Below are positions 25,723 through 40,780 of a stretch of 64,000 nt of DNA, in pieces (the first letter of the stretch is position 1; the number at the start of each line of letters is the position of its first letter). The notes beneath the pieces were generated by a model, which ran no database searches, was not told where the DNA came from, and saw nothing but the letters and a program-made list of their open reading frames with translations. Position numbers and translations under genes: made by a program. The stretch comes from Eledone cirrhosa (taxonomy: Eukaryota): NCBI GenBank assembly GCA_964016885.1, contig OZ024741.1, positions 71,114,001 through 71,178,000 on the forward strand, given 5' to 3'.

Positions 25723-27004
25723 AATGTTTACTACTAATAGAAATAGGTTGATGCAAACAGTTAGATCTCTATAACATCCAGTTTAATCCAGTTAATACTG
25801 CCCCTGGCAAAATAAGGAACCAGTAAAGGTGAATTTTCTTAAGGGAAGGAGTGCAGTTGATTTAACTAATTTAACCCCAACCTCAAAAAAAAAAAAAAAA
25901 AAAAAAGATAAGAAAATGTGGCCTAGTAAAAATAAAGTAGAAACAATTATTATTATTATTATGACAGGTGTTGTGATGTGATACTTCCTTGGCAAACTGA
26001 GTTAATAACCCACACCCTACACCCTACTGAGGTAATCTACCAGCTAATTCTTTATTGTCAGGTGAGGTGGGACCATAGAAAATATGCAAACCAAGCCAAA
26101 ATTTAAACTAATAAATTGTTGAAGGAGTAACAGTAGTGATGTAAATTATATGAAAGCTGCATCAAAAGAACTATGTATGCCACAACTATAAATAACTAAG
26201 GTATACAAGACTAAGAAAATTCTACATAGTCACTCACCATGCTAGAAACAGTAGCCAAATTTCCCCAAAACCACACCCTACCATTACAAACAAACAAACA
26301 AAAAAATGGAAGGACACATTAGATAATGTAGTCCTAGATACATTAGATAATGTAGTCCTAGACAGGATAACATGAGTGGAATGCCTTTAATCATGGTTCT
26401 GCTGGATCAGAGTTGACCTGGCGTGAAATAATAACTTTAACCATTAATTCTATTATAATATACATTAGATAATGTAGTCCTAAATACACTGTCTGAATAA
26501 AAGATAGCATAGTTACATAGGAATGCTGTTGATCATAGTTCTACTGGATCAGAATAGACCTGAGATGAAACAACTTTAACCACTAATGCTAATCATTATA
26601 CTATCCATTAAATAATGTAGTCCTAGATACACTATGCAATTGCATCTTTATTAACATTTTTTATGCTAAACTGCCTGAACTGCTTCTGATTCTATGATAC
26701 AAAACTGTTTATTTTACAGTATTTATATTTATCTAAAAATCTTCCACCAATTTCAAGTAAAAGCCTTTATTAAGTTGTTTCAAACACTAGCTTAAAAATG
26801 AGAGCTAGTTATATTACTAAATCCAGTTAAATTCTTGATTATTTTCAAAATTATTTACCAATGTATTTTATTAGAAATATGGTAATGAAAGGGTTAATCA
26901 ACAGAAAGGCCTTCTTTTGGGATTCTATGATATTAGAAAATGGTAAAAAAGAAAGAAAGAAACCCGTAGAAATTCTCAAAGTTATATGTCCTAACTCTAA
27001 AACT

Positions 27005-27380
27005 AATTGGTAGGTAAACATGTGGTTGGTTAGTTTCTTGAAGTTTGTATGACAAATCATTAAATCAAAAGCATCACTGAACTCCAGAAGCCTAGTACCC
27101 TCCACATATATTGTGACAGAATTGTAACCTCCTTGTATGCTAGGGAATCTGTCATGATGTTTCCTAATATGTCCATTGAAGTTACCAACTGCAATCATAA
27201 GATCGCTGTCATATTCATTGAGGTAGTCTGGAAATGGTCTTTTATTCATCAGTAAATCCAGCTTGTGGAGCATAAAGATATGTAAACGTTATGATGATAA
27301 TGATCCCAGAGAATTAAAGCTACCACAAGGCATCTACTGGCAAAGAAGTGAAGACTTATGAAATGTGTATTTGGCCCACT
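27005..27380 (-). pseudogene. Degenerate APE endonuclease of an RTE-type LINE
   Basis: IAVGNFNGHI...GGY...EGTRLLEF...LMICHTNFKK...HMFTYQ matches the GDFNGHVG...NTxFKK...HLxTY pattern. Confidence 0.75.
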
Positions 27381-27559
27381 TAGATGGATGCTAGGGTGGC
27401 TGTGATATGATTACAGTTTAGAATACTTTCAGTGAGACTATGTGAATGCTTATTGTGCATGAACAAGCATCTATATGTGCCTTTATTTTGAACCACACTG
27501 TATTAGTCCCACTGCTAATTAATACTAGCCCATCAAGCCTAGAGCTTTGAACATCATGC

Positions 27560-27737
27560 TTCACAGCATATAGTTACGTTCCTTTACGTTCTGAGTTCAA
27601 ATCCCATGAGGTTAGCTTTGCCTTTCATCATTCCGGATTCAATAAAATAAACCACCACTAATGTACTAGGGTCAATTTAATCGACTTTTCCCTCCCCTTC
27701 AAATTGCTGGCCTTGTGCCAAATGTAGAAACCATTAT
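27560..27737 (+). mobile_element. 5'-truncated SINE
   Basis: gttctgagttcaaatcc...gctggccttgtgccaaatgtagaaaccatta. Confidence 0.8.
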
Positions 27738-29789
27738 ATGTAAATGAGTTATCAAAAATAGCTCACTTACGAAACCTATATAAGTAGTTTTATACTTCTT
27801 TCACCTCATAGTAAGTGTCTATTGACGATAACTTCTAAAATACATATATAAACCTTCTGACAGATACTGAGTCAGCTGTGATGTGTTCACCATTTAAAAT
27901 ACTTATCTGATGACCCATTCAACCCTTGCTAGCAGGGAAAATGAATGTTGACTCTTTTAAACACCAACTCACCAAAACATGCCTCTATTAAAATGCTCAA
28001 ATTTAAATTTAAACTTCAGACTGAAATTTCATTACTACATATCAGATAATATTTGTAATATTCAGTGGTTAAATATTTGTCTTTTATTATTGAGTTGAAA
28101 CTGAAGGCGGTGGATTAGTAGTATCGATATAGTATGGGATAAATTGCTTTGTAGTATTTAGTTATGGCTTGCTACGTTCTGAGTTCAAATCCAACCAAGG
28201 TTAACTTTTTCTTTTATCTTTCTGGGCTGATATAATCAACTTTCCCTTCCCACAAATTACTGGCCTTTGAATGAAAGGGTTAAGTAGCTATGTTCCAAAC
28301 ACCAAATAAATAATGAGAAATTTGGTTATACTAGTAAATTTGTCCAAATTGTCAGAAAATTAGAAATATAGTAACAAAAAGTTTAAACAAAAAGGGGACT
28401 TAAAAATATACGAAATAAAATTGATTGAAAAACTAATTATATTCAAGCTGTGGAGTTCAACCAGCATTTGAATGGCAATGGGAACCAGGTCACATTAAAT
28501 TCAAACTCATTGGAAACTTATTCTATTCAAATGAAATTAGGTTTAATTAAATACTAACTGAAATTTTAATTCAATGAAAAGAATTGGGTAAATTTAATGC
28601 TAACATCTGCATTTTCTAAAACTAATTTAAACCAATTTGAGGAGGGGGAAGAGGGGTGAGGGAGGGGCAGGAGGATGAGGAGGAGACAATTCTTTCTTAA
28701 TTATAAATTCAATTTGTAATAAAATTAAAATTATCAAAATTCTCTATAGGTGTATTATACTTCACTTACAAATTATAACCTTCATGAAACGAGAAAAAAT
28801 ATCTAGATGTAAAACAGATGTAATTATAAAGTTATTGTTTTCACTATCACCATTATCATCATCATCACCATCTTCCTAAAATCAATGTAACCAGTTGTTT
28901 GACTGCAATTTTAGATGTTCTTGATGTCATTCAAATTGTTAGAAATAACCAGATCTCCCCCAAATCATACCCTGCAGTGTTCAGCTCATGATAATATCGT
29001 TGTGAGTTCAATTCTTGGATCAGGTGGCACATTGTGCCTTTGAGTAACTGGCAAAAATGAGTTGTACCACTAATTCAAGGGGCCAGTCTTGTCACATGTT
29101 TGGTCACACTGAATTTCCCTGAGAATTACATTAAGGTTGCACATGTCTATAGAATGCTCAGCTGCTTGCACATTAACCTTTTAGCATTTAAACCAGCCGT
29201 ATCTGGCCAGAATTCTCTCACCTCTTTCTGTTCAAACCAAAAAGTAATGAAAATGCTAAAACACTTGCTACTGCTGTTTAATATCTTATTAATATTAGGG
29301 TTGTGGCATTGTCTTAAAATATTAGTATGGGTTCCACAACTTTTTAAAATTTTCATGACAAAATAAGTTTAACAACTATTGGGTTAGATCATAGATTTTC
29401 TTGTTTGTGGCTGACCTAGAGCTACGCAGCAACATCAGCTTCTCACCTTTTGTTGCAATCATTATTTCAAGTACTTCCCTTATTTTATCTCTCAGCTCAT
29501 AGATAAAATACTTGACATGAAGGTGAACTGTGTGGTGCCAGGGAGGGAGAAGGGGCGGCCACCACAGCCACCACCACCACTGCTGCTATAACCAACTCTA
29601 CCACTATCACCCCTAATAATACTAACACCATTACCACCATCCTCTCTATTAAGACTCATCAAACAGCCAACACCACCACCATAACATAACTCCCTCTACC
29701 CACATCACCACTATCACCCTACCAATGAAGACACTAAACACACAAACAGCCACTACCACCACCACCACCACCACCATACCACAACCACT

Positions 29790-32700
29790 ACACCATAACC
29801 ACTTTTACCACCTCCATCACAACACCACCACTATTAAGATACTCATCAAACAGCCACCATCACCACCTTCCTGTCTCTCTATTAAGACACTAATGAAACA
29901 GCCACCTCCACCACCACCTTCCTGTCTCTCTATTAAGACACTAATGAAACAGCCACCTCCACCACCACCACCACCACCACCACTACTATTAAGATACTCA
30001 ACAGCCACCATCACCGCCCTCCTGTCTCTCTATTAAGACACTAATGAAACAGCCACCTCCACCACCACCACCACCACTATTAAGATACTCAACAGCCACC
30101 ATCACCGCCCTCCTGTCTCTCTATTAAGACACTAATGAAACAGCCACCTTCACCACCACCACCACCACCACTATTAAGATACTCAACAGCCACCACCACC
30201 ACCCTCCTGTCTCTCTATTAAGACACTAATGAAACAGCCACCTCCACCACCACCACCACCACCACCACTATTAAGATACTCATCAAACAGCCACCACCAC
30301 CACCTTCCTGTCTCTCTATTAAGACACTAATGAAACAGCCACCTCCACCACCACCACCACCACTATTAAGATACTCAACAGCCACCATCACCACCCTCCT
30401 GTCTCTCTATTAAGACACTAATGAAACAGCCACCTCCACCTCCACCACCACCACTATTAAGATACTCAACAGCCACCATCACCACCCTCCTGTCTCTCTA
30501 TTAAGACACTAATGAAACAGCCACCTCCACCACCACCACCACCACTATTAAGATACTCAACAGCCACCATCACCACCCTCCTGTCTCTCTATTAAGACAC
30601 TAATGAAACAGCCACCTCCACCACCACCACCACCACTATTAAGATACTCAACAGCCACCATCACCACCCTCCTGTCTCTCTATTAAGACACTAATGAAAC
30701 AGCCACCTCCACCACCACCACCACCACTATTAAGATACTCAACAGCCACCATCACCACCCTCCTGTCTCTCTATTAAGACACTAATGAAACAGCCACCAC
30801 CACCACCACCACCACCACTATTAAGATACTCAACAGCCACCATCACCACCCTCCTGTCTCTCTATTAAGACACTAATGAAACAGCCACCTCCACCACCAC
30901 CACCACCACTATTAAGATACTCAACAGCCACCATCACCACCCTCCTGTCTCTCTATTAAGACACTAATGAAACAGCCACCTCCACCACCACCACCACCAC
31001 TATTAAGATACTCAACAGCCACCATCACCACCCTCCTGTCTCTCTATTAAGACACTAATGAAACAGCCACCTCCACCACCACCACCACCACTATTAAGAT
31101 ACTCAACAGCCACCACCACCACCCTCCTGTCTCTCTATTAAGACACTAATGAAACCGCCACCTCCACCACCACCACCACCACTATTAAGATACTCAACAG
31201 CCACCATCACCACCCTCCTGTCTCTCTATTAAGACACTAATGAAACAGCCACCTCCACCACCACCACCACCACTATTAAGATACTCAACAGCCACCATCA
31301 CCACCCTCCTGTCTCTCTATTAAGACACTAATGAAACAGCCACCTCCACCACCACCACCACCACTATTAAGATACTCAACAGCCACCATCACCACCCTCC
31401 TGTCTCTCTATTAAGACACTAATGAAACAGCCACCTCCACCACCACAACCACCACTATTAAGATACTCAACAGCCACCACCACCACCCTCCTGTCTCTCT
31501 ATTAAGACACTAATGAAACCGCCACCTCCACCACCACCACCACCACCACTATTAAGATACTCAACAGCCACCATCACCACCCTCCTGTCTCTCTATTAAG
31601 ACACTAATGAAACAGCCACCTCCACCACCACCACCACCACTATTAAGATACTCAACAGCCACCATCACCACCCTCCTGTCTCTCTATTAAGACACTAATG
31701 AAACAGCCACCTCCACCACCACCACCACCACTATTAAGATACTCAACAGCCACCACCACCACCCTCCTGTCTCTCTATTAAGACACTAATGAAACCGCCA
31801 CCTCCACCACCACCACCACCACTATTAAGATACTCATCAAACAGCCACCACCACCACCTTCCTGTCTCTCTATTAAGACACTAATGAAACAGCCACCTCC
31901 ACCACCACCACCACCACTATTAAGATACTCAACAGCCACCACCACCACCCTCCTGTCTCTCTATTAAGACACTAATGAAACAGCCACCACCACCACCACC
32001 ACCACCACTATTAAGATACTCAACAGCCACCATCACCACCCTCCTGTCTCTCTATTAAGACACTAATGAAACAGCCACCTTCACCACCACCACCACCACC
32101 ACCACCACTATTAAGATACTCAACAGCCACCATCACCGCCCTCCTGTCTCTCTATTAAGACACTAATGAAACAGCCACCTCCACCACCACCACCACCACT
32201 ATTAAGATACTCAACAGCCACCACCACCACCCTCCTGTCTCTCTATTAAGACACTAATGAAACAGCCACCTCCACCACCACCACCACCACTATTAAGATA
32301 CTCAACAGCCACCACCACCACCCTCCTGTCTCTCTATTAAGACACTAATGAAACAGCCACCTTCACCACCACCACCACCACCACTATTAAGATACTCAAC
32401 AGCCACCATCACCACCTTCCTGTCTCTCTATTAAGACACTAATGAAACAGCCACCTTCACCACCACCACCACCACCACCACTATTAAGATACTCAACAGC
32501 CACCATCACCGCCCTCCTGTCTCTCTATTAAGACACTAATGAAACAGCCACCTCCACCACCACCACCACCACCACTATTAAGATACTCAACAGCCACCAT
32601 CACCACCTTCCTGTCTCTCTATTAAGACACTAATGAAACAGCCACCTTCACCACCACCACCACCACCACCACTATTAAGATACTCAACAGCCACCATCAC

Positions 32701-32870
32701 CGCCCTCCTGTCTCTCTATTAAGACACTAATGAAACAGCCACCTTCACCACCACCACCACCACCACTATTAAGATACTCAACAGCCACCATCACCACCTT
32801 CCTGTCTCTCTATTAAGACACTAATGAAACCGTCGCCGCCACTGCCACCACCACCACCAAACTCTCTATT
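29790..32870. repeat. Minisatellite with ~91-bp unit, roughly 33 copies, internally dimeric
   Basis: Unit cctcctgtctctctattaagacactaatgaaacagccacct(cca)n-ctattaagatactcaacagccaccatcaccac; spacing 91 at 30491/30582/30673. Confidence 0.97.
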
Positions 32871-33339
32871 AAGGCATTAATCAAACAACCAACAGACCTA
32901 TCTAAGAAAGAGAACTTCATAGAATTTGTCTAAAGCTAGTACAACCTTGAATTCTGCCAAAGCTTTCTATGAAAAGGATGAGGAGGAGAAGAGGAACAAC
33001 AATCTCCTGTCATTAATGTACTCAAAATAGCAGAAACTAGAGAAAGGGTGTATTTTAATTCTCCCTAGTATAACAACATTCCATGTTTGTTAATAGATTG
33101 TTATTGAAACAGGCTCCAGATCAGGTGTAGTCAAGTGGAGGGTCACAGAGAGCCTCCTATATGATCGCTGTTAGAAATAGAAGGTAAATTTCATAGATAT
33201 ACAATGAAGGATACACTACATAGTAACTGTAAGATGGTAGTGATGGTGCCACAAAAACAAAAAGCAACCAGTGTCAACTAGGTGATCAACTTAATGGGGA
33301 TGAGGCAGCACCTAGAGCATAGCAGCTAGGGTAAGAAGA

Positions 33340-33730
33340 GGATGGAAAAAAGTTCAGGAAGCTACTACCTCTGTTGACAACAAAAGGTTTCTCTCTCGAC
33401 AAAAAAAAAAAGGCCGGCTGATACACAATATTGCCTGGTAGAAAGATATGGACAATAAATGCAGAGGATAAATGAAGGCAAGGAAGAAATTAGGTGAGCA
33501 TGCTCTGATGGATGTGCAATGTTAATGTGGGTGAATGACAAAGCATGGATAAGCTGCAAGAAAAGCTGGATATAAGATGAACTAGATGTAGAGTGCAGAA
33601 GAGAAGATTGCATTCGAATGTTTATGTGATGCATTAAGTGAAGAAGTGCCAAAAAAATCTCAGTTGAAAAGGAACTACAATAAAGGGATGCCAAGGAAGA
33701 ACTGAAAAGAGCTTGTGATAGCTGATCTCA
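33340..33730 (+). pseudogene. Old degenerate RTE RT C-terminal fragment
   Basis: Remnants of KGFSL..KGRL, W.INAED, SML.WMCNVN, RKLDIR, RRL aligning to the family 1 C-terminus. Confidence 0.65.
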
Positions 33731-34504
33731 ATTTGTTCTTTCCATTTTTAAGACACCAGAGTGTGACAAGGAAATTTGGTGGCTACTTCTAACAGATTGA
33801 ACAACTATGTAGTGTTTCTATTGGCTACTTCTTACAGGGGCAAGGGGACACCATCACTCATTGTTGCAAGTTTTAAATATTTCCTTCAACTTGTTGTTGT
33901 TGTTTGGTAACAACACAGCCCTGCTTAAGCAAAAGCATTCCAGCTATGACCATTGTATTATTTTTAACTGGGGAAAATAGACAGATGATGATTGATGATG
34001 ATGACGATGATTGATTGATGATTATGATAATACAATGTACCCCAGATTACATTTTCCAATGCAAGATGTCAAGAGATTCAAATTCATTTTTATTGAATTT
34101 ATTGTTGTTGTTTAACCCCAGGTCAGTCCTAATAGAACATCAAATATATAAAGTTGTTCCAGTCATGACCATTTCATTCCCATATTTCTAATAAAAAACA
34201 CTCCTTTTGGTTTTCAAATAATTTTGAAAATAACCAAGAATTTGGAGGAGTTTAGTAATATAACTTTTATTTAGTTCGTATTTGAAGCATAACTTAAAGG
34301 TTCTTACACAAAATTATGATGGAAGGGTTTTAGATTAAAATATACACTTTAATCCTTTTGTTTGAAACTGCTCTTAATTTTATAATAAACTGCTCTTAAT
34401 TTTATAATACAAAACTATTTGTTTCAAAGTGTTAATATTTATCTAGAAACATTCCACCATAATTTTTATGAAAGAATCTGTTCCAAACACTAGATTAATA
34501 ATAG

Positions 34505-35655
34505 TTTCTAGCATAGGTTCAAAGTCATTAAGGTTCAAGGTTATTAATCGAGCCCAGCACTTTACTGGTACTTTATTTTATTTGACCCTGGAAGAATGAA
34601 AGGCAAAGCTGACCTCAGTAATATTTGAAATCAGAACATAAAGGGCCATAACTAAATGCTACAAAAGATTTAGCCCAACATTCTAATGATTGTTTTATAT
34701 ATGTATATATTAGTTGTTTATATATATATATATATTAGTTGTTTATATATATACAAATCACTTGTGCACCACCCTTAACATGATAATCAGAACTTTAGTT
34801 ACACAACTAAATCTTTCGAAATTTTTTATTATTTAAAATCATAGGCAGTGTCTTTTGTTAGAAATTTGGTCATGAAAGGATTAAAACTATTTTGAATCAT
34901 GGAACCAGGAGCAGCTTTAGGCAATTTGGTATTGAAAGTCTGAAAGTTACTGATTTTTTTTTTTTTTTTTTGTAAAGATGATAAGGTTTGATACAAAGAA
35001 AATTTGGCTGCTGTTTCTAACAGGTTATGTAACTACATCACAGTTGCTTCATTGGTTCATGTTTGCTGAAATATTGCCAGAATCTTAGCTGCAGTGGCAG
35101 CATAATTTGATAAATCTAAATTATCAAAGACAAGTAGCTGACTATCTCTAAGAATGAAGGAAAAAGATCAAAGACAAAGAGTTGTGTTTATATTTAGTAA
35201 TGCTAATAATAATGGTTTCTGATTTAGGCACAAGGCCAGCAATTTGGGGGAAGGGAAAAGTCGATTAAATCAACCCCAGTGCATTACTGGTGCTTTATTT
35301 TATTGACCACATAAAAACATAAGGAAGATAGTCAAAGCTAACCTCGGCGGAATTTGAACTCAGAACGTAAAGGGCCGTGACTCTATGCCACAAAGTATGG
35401 CGTCCGGCATTCTACTGATACTGCCAATCCAATAATGGCAACAATAATGGTTTCTAATTTAGGCACTAGGCCAACAAATTTGTGGAGAGAGGCAAGTCAA
35501 TTCAATTGACCCAGTGTATTACTGGTACCTTATTTTATCAACCCCCATAAGGATGAACGGTACAGTTAATCTCAGCAGGAACTCAATGTAAAGAGTTGTA
35601 ACTATGTCACAAAGCATAGTGCCCAACACTCGACCAATACTGCCAATTCACTGCC
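34505..35655 (-). mobile_element. Three SINE copies (34505-34690, 35210-35430, 35445-35655)
   Basis: Reverse-complement SINE motifs as above. Confidence 0.8.
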
Positions 35656-36082
35656 AACAATAACAATGATAATATGATAATAGAGAAATGGCTAGTTATC
35701 TGTAGAGAGATTTTCCAAAATACAGGAAGACAAATAGGTAGGTACGAAGAGAATGATTTATTGTTGAGCAGGGTGGAGTATCGGAGTAACATTATATAGC
35801 TATGAACAAAATATGCAGATAAAACTTGGGTATAAAATCACACACAAACACACGTGTGCACAAGTGGTTTGTATATATATATATAAACAACTAATATATG
35901 TATATATATAAACAACTAATATATACATATATAAAACATATATATATATATAAAACTAATATATACATAACTAATATATACATATATATATATAACTAAT
36001 ATATACATATATATATATAACTTATACATATATATATATATAACTTATACATATATATATATATAACTAATATATTATATAC

Positions 36083-36126
<44 letters not shown>

Positions 36127-37284
36127 CACACACACACACATATAAACATGTACACACAGTTACATGTACAAGCATACATATAAATATATATATATATGTG
36201 TGCATACACAATCACACACATACTCATACATATATACACACATCCATAGAGACACATACATATAGAGCACATGAGTATGTACGTCATACCTACATATGTC
36301 TTCCCTTCCTACCTTAAATATGTGAGCAATTGCCACTTAAGTAGAATATTTCATATATATTCTTCCTTTGTTTTGAAAGCCCCCACCATATAGTCGTATT
36401 CTCATATTCTGAGTGTTGACCCCTATCTATCAGGGGATATAGTATGTGGGGTGCTGTTTGACCTCAGCAGAGTTCTACACAGTGGTACATATTTGCCATA
36501 TTTTGGTAAATAATATTTCTCATAATGTCACCGACCACCAGGGTGTTGTAAATATTTGCTGCTTATTATATTGTTTATATTTCAATCTTTATCATATAAC
36601 CAAGTTATTTTAGGATGGTATTTCAACACTTTACTCCTTCCTCATCCTGTATCTTCCTTGTTTTCATGTCTCCTTCATGATCAGAGCGCCGGAACTATGT
36701 CATTGCGAAATGAACTGCTTAACCACACAACCATGCAATGTATCATACATACTATTCTACTTGGACCTTTGATCTCAAAACCTGCCTCTGTCCTAATCAC
36801 TGCAGTTTTTTTACCTCCCAAACATTGTTTTTTTCATTTGACATCTGATCCAGAAGGAAGTCTTCTTTATATAATAGAGCTGGGGGCCCTATCATTAAAA
36901 CACATGAGAAACCTCCTATGAGATACAATCTCGTAGGAAGTCACTAAATCTGGATAGGTGTTAGCTGTAATAACAACATACAAATCTCCAAATAATGTCA
37001 AAGATGTCTATTCAATGTGTTAGTGAACTAATAGAGGAAGGAAACAACCAAGACTTAAAAACAGAAATCAACTAAGATATGTGTTAGTTGCTTGTCTTGC
37101 TATATGACAAATGGGATTGTGTCAGGAAATTTGAAAAGGGGGAGGCTTTTATGACTGTTGTGACAACATAGAGGGTAAAGTGGGTGGTGGTGGCGGCAAA
37201 CATTGGAAAATTTAGCTGAACAATAAATACATTTGGTATGTTAAGAAGAAACTGTTTACTATTATAAGTGACACTGAGGAAATT

Positions 37285-37812
37285 ATCATTATTGTTGTGG
37301 TATTTTGTTTAGCTCAGTTCTGTTTCACTGTTGCCGGGTTCAGGTCTTGATCCTAGGACAATATATGTTTTCATTGTAGAGAGAGAACTCGTCAGAGAAT
37401 ATGTGCTGTTCCTAGTAGCCCGATCTTCTTTAGCTCATATTTACTGATCTTGCAGGGAAGGACGCTAAGGTGCAGGTCTGAGGATTTGAGTATTAAGCCT
37501 AATGTTCCTATTACCACAGGGATAGCGTGTGTGGTCATCCTCCACATGTGGTTGATCTCTATTTCCAGGTCTTTGTATTTTGACAGTTTTTCCATTGTTT
37601 TTATAGATGTATTCTTGTTAGCTGGTACGAAAATATCAATAAAGCTACATGTCCAATCTGTTTTGTCTTTTTATGATGATATCTGGCCTGTTGGCAATGA
37701 TTTCTCAGTCAGTTATCATGGGCATATACCACAAGATGGATATGTTGCCCTTTTCCATTAATGTTTTTGGTTGATGTTCATACCATTTGTCAGAAGTTTG
37801 GATGTCATGATT
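37285..37812 (-). mobile_element. 3' fragment of an R4/Dong-like non-LTR retrotransposon (restriction-like endonuclease)
   Basis: WYEHQP...ILWYMP..T...ANRPDII...IDIFVP...EKLSKYKDLEIEI..MW...IPVVIGTLG...LLGTAHIL; (TAA)-rich flanks. Confidence 0.85.
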
Positions 37813-38301
37813 GTTATTATTATTATTATTACTATTATAAAGTAATTATAAAATAAAGTACCAGTAATACACTGGGATAATTGCTGGCCTTGTGCCAAAA
37901 GTAGAAACAATTATTATTGGATACTGTTGGCAGAACCATTAGTCTCAGACCAAGTGATGTGATCCATTTTGTTATAGCTCTTTATGTTCTGAGTTCAAAC
38001 TCCACCTTGCCTTTTACCCTTTCGGGGTGGATAAAATATAGTAAGTAGTGAAGTACTGGAGTCAATTTAATCAACTTTCACTGCCATTGAGCTAAAATTT
38101 GAAATTACTATTATTATTATGAAAATGTTGTAGTTTGCTTGAAGCATTGTGGAATATGAAAATTGGTTATGTTTTGGAAGCCACAACAATCCAGGTGGTG
38201 TTGAACTAGAGATGTTACCTTGGAAATATTTATTAGTCTCTATTTTTTCATATGTACCATCCATTATCAAGTGATTTGATGGGAACCTCAGAAAATGTTA
38301 A

Positions 38302-38509
38302 CTCTTTAGCATTTACATTACTCTATATACACTATTGTATTTTTGTGTTAAAGGCTTTACCTTACACAATTATCTCGCATAATATTGAATCTACGAGATT
38401 GTGATATTTATTTTGAGAGCAATACCTTAACATCAGTATGAGTAGCCAGTTTGAACAGAAAAAGTTAAGAGAATTCTGGCTGGATACGACCAGTTTAAAT
38501 GCTAAAGGG
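38302..38509. mobile_element. piggyBac-like MITE, second copy
   Basis: TTAA|CTCTTTAGCATTTA...TAAATGCTAAAGGG|TTAA. Confidence 0.78.
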
Positions 38510-38768
38510 TTAAAGAGAACCTTTCTATGGCTGAAGTTATTATTATTATTAGGAGAGATTCACAGTAAAATGGTGGCCAGCATATGAGTGGGTTAACTGC
38601 AGGGGACAATCTACTAACTTGGCATCTCCCACTAGTAATGCCAAGAGAATGTCCAGGTTTTATGGTCTATTATATAGCATGATTTTCTGAATGCCACTAT
38701 TACCACACTCAATGTATGATACATTGCATGGTTGGTTGATTTGATAACCGGATGGTTGTTTATATATT

Positions 38769-38811
38769 GTCAAAGTTCTTTCGTCACACATTCTGTGACC
38801 TCCTCAGTGAC
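38769..38811 (-). ncRNA. Hammerhead-like motif, old PLE-type relic
   Basis: gtca-CTGAGGA-g-gtcaca-gaatg-tgtgac-GAAA-gaac-TT-tgac. Stems I and II pair; stem III is no longer palindromic. Confidence 0.6.
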
Positions 38812-39544
38812 TGGGATTTTATTTTGTGTGTTTCCGGAAATTTATAATAAATTGAAGTGAAAGCCAACAGGTATATGTGTTTTTATTTGCAGCATCACCC
38901 TCCCAAAGTATTAGAGACTAATTAACCTTTAATCAATGTGTGTGTGTATGTGTGTGTGTGTTATTAAGTACCTTAATGTGAAAAGTTCATATTGAACACT
39001 GACACAAATGAGAATTTAGTATCATAACTAAGAAGTAAAGAGATTCCAGAAAATAACATTATTTACACAATAAAGTCTATAAGATATCTGCCTGAACAGC
39101 TGTCTCAATCCCACCCACCTACAGCTAATACTTCTATAGCTGATGGTATCCCCACTACCCTGCCAGTGCCACCAAGTGGTGGGGGGGGGGGGTAGTGTGA
39201 GTGAATGGGGGTGCTTTCATAATGACAACAACTAGAATCATTCTCTGAAATAAACAAAGTCAAGTGTTGTAGTTGTGAGCAACAGTGTCAGTCAATCTGT
39301 GTGTGTGTGTGTGTGAGTGTGTGTGTGTGTGAGTGTGTGTGTGTCTTTCTCTCCTTCACACACTATGTATCTCACTCTCTTTCTCTCCATCATTTGACAA
39401 GTAGATGTTCCTGCTATTATTGCTGGTGAGGTGACAGTAATTTCCTGGTTTCAGAAGGGGTGTGCACACACACATATATATATTTAGAGAGAGAAAGACA
39501 CACACACACTTGTATATATATTTACATATATTTACATATATGTA

Positions 39545-39580
<36 letters not shown>

Positions 39581-39620
39581 TATATACACACATCACATGT
39601 ATATATATATACATATATGT

Positions 39621-39666
<46 letters not shown>

Positions 39667-39906
39667 TTATATATTCATATATATATATGTATATATACAC
39701 ATACACATATATATATATACACACATATACATATATATACACATACATATATATATACACACATATACATATATATTTATATATATATATGTATATATAT
39801 ATATACACATACATACATATATATATACACACATATACATTTATATATATATATGTATATATATATATACACATACATACATATATATATACACACATAT
39901 ACATAC

Positions 39907-39940
<34 letters not shown>

Positions 39941-39991
39941 ATTTATATATATATGTATATATATATACACATACATACATATATATATACA

Positions 39992-40521
39992 TATGGTGGC
40001 TGCCAACTCGTTTTCGAGTACGGCCACTACTTTATATCCATGTAGGAGAACCCCTACTGATGCGCTGAACGAGTGTGACTTTTTAGTCCAGCCATCGACA
40101 TGAAAACTCTGGTACAAACACTACACTTGTGACAATTACTGACACATAGTGCTGGGCCCATTGTACCATGTGATGACAAGTGCAGAGAGATCTCCAGATA
40201 TAAAGCAATGCCTGTGCCGTGAAGCTTTTATAGTGAGCAAAGGCACTGCACAAAGCCAGTCCCACTCTCTTAACCAAGATGATATTTACCAAAAAGAAGA
40301 ACACGTCAACATCTTTGGATACCATCAGGGTTGCAGGTGTTATATCAGAGTTTTCCTTCTCCTAGAATTCTGCCTTGACAAAGGCTAAGGGGTCATCTCT
40401 CCCGGTGATTTTGGATGGCCATTGACTCTTAAGAGCTCCTTTGCCCTTTGACAGGTTTTGTTTTTAGTCCTGCAGGATGTCCAAAGTCACCCTCCTCACC
40501 AAGAAACTTTGGTGGGGTTGC
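39992..40521 (-). mobile_element. Non-autonomous RTE derivative (5' UTR + last C2H2 finger + 3' end), copy a
   Basis: RTE-like 5'-UTR motif CTAGGAGAAGGAAAACTCTGA; 40054-40140 translates [25 protein letters not shown]; terminal hairpin shared with the 58255 end. Confidence 0.8.
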
Positions 40522-40780
40522 ACATACATACATACCTACATATATACATACATACATACATATATACATATATACCTACATACACACATACATACCTAGA
40601 TATATACATACATACACACATACATACCTACATAACCTACATATATACATACATACACACATACATACCTACATATATACATACATACCTACATACACAC
40701 ATACATACCTACATATATACATACATACACACATACACACCTACATATGTACATACCTACCTACACATTCATACATACAC

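Noticed and set aside
29790-32870. Proline-rich or mucin-like coding repeat
   Set aside because: The 91-bp unit is not a multiple of 3 and the frames hit TAA repeatedly
36500-36950. Possible very old RT fragment on the minus strand
   Set aside because: Only a faint FEIK-like resemblance; too degenerate to support
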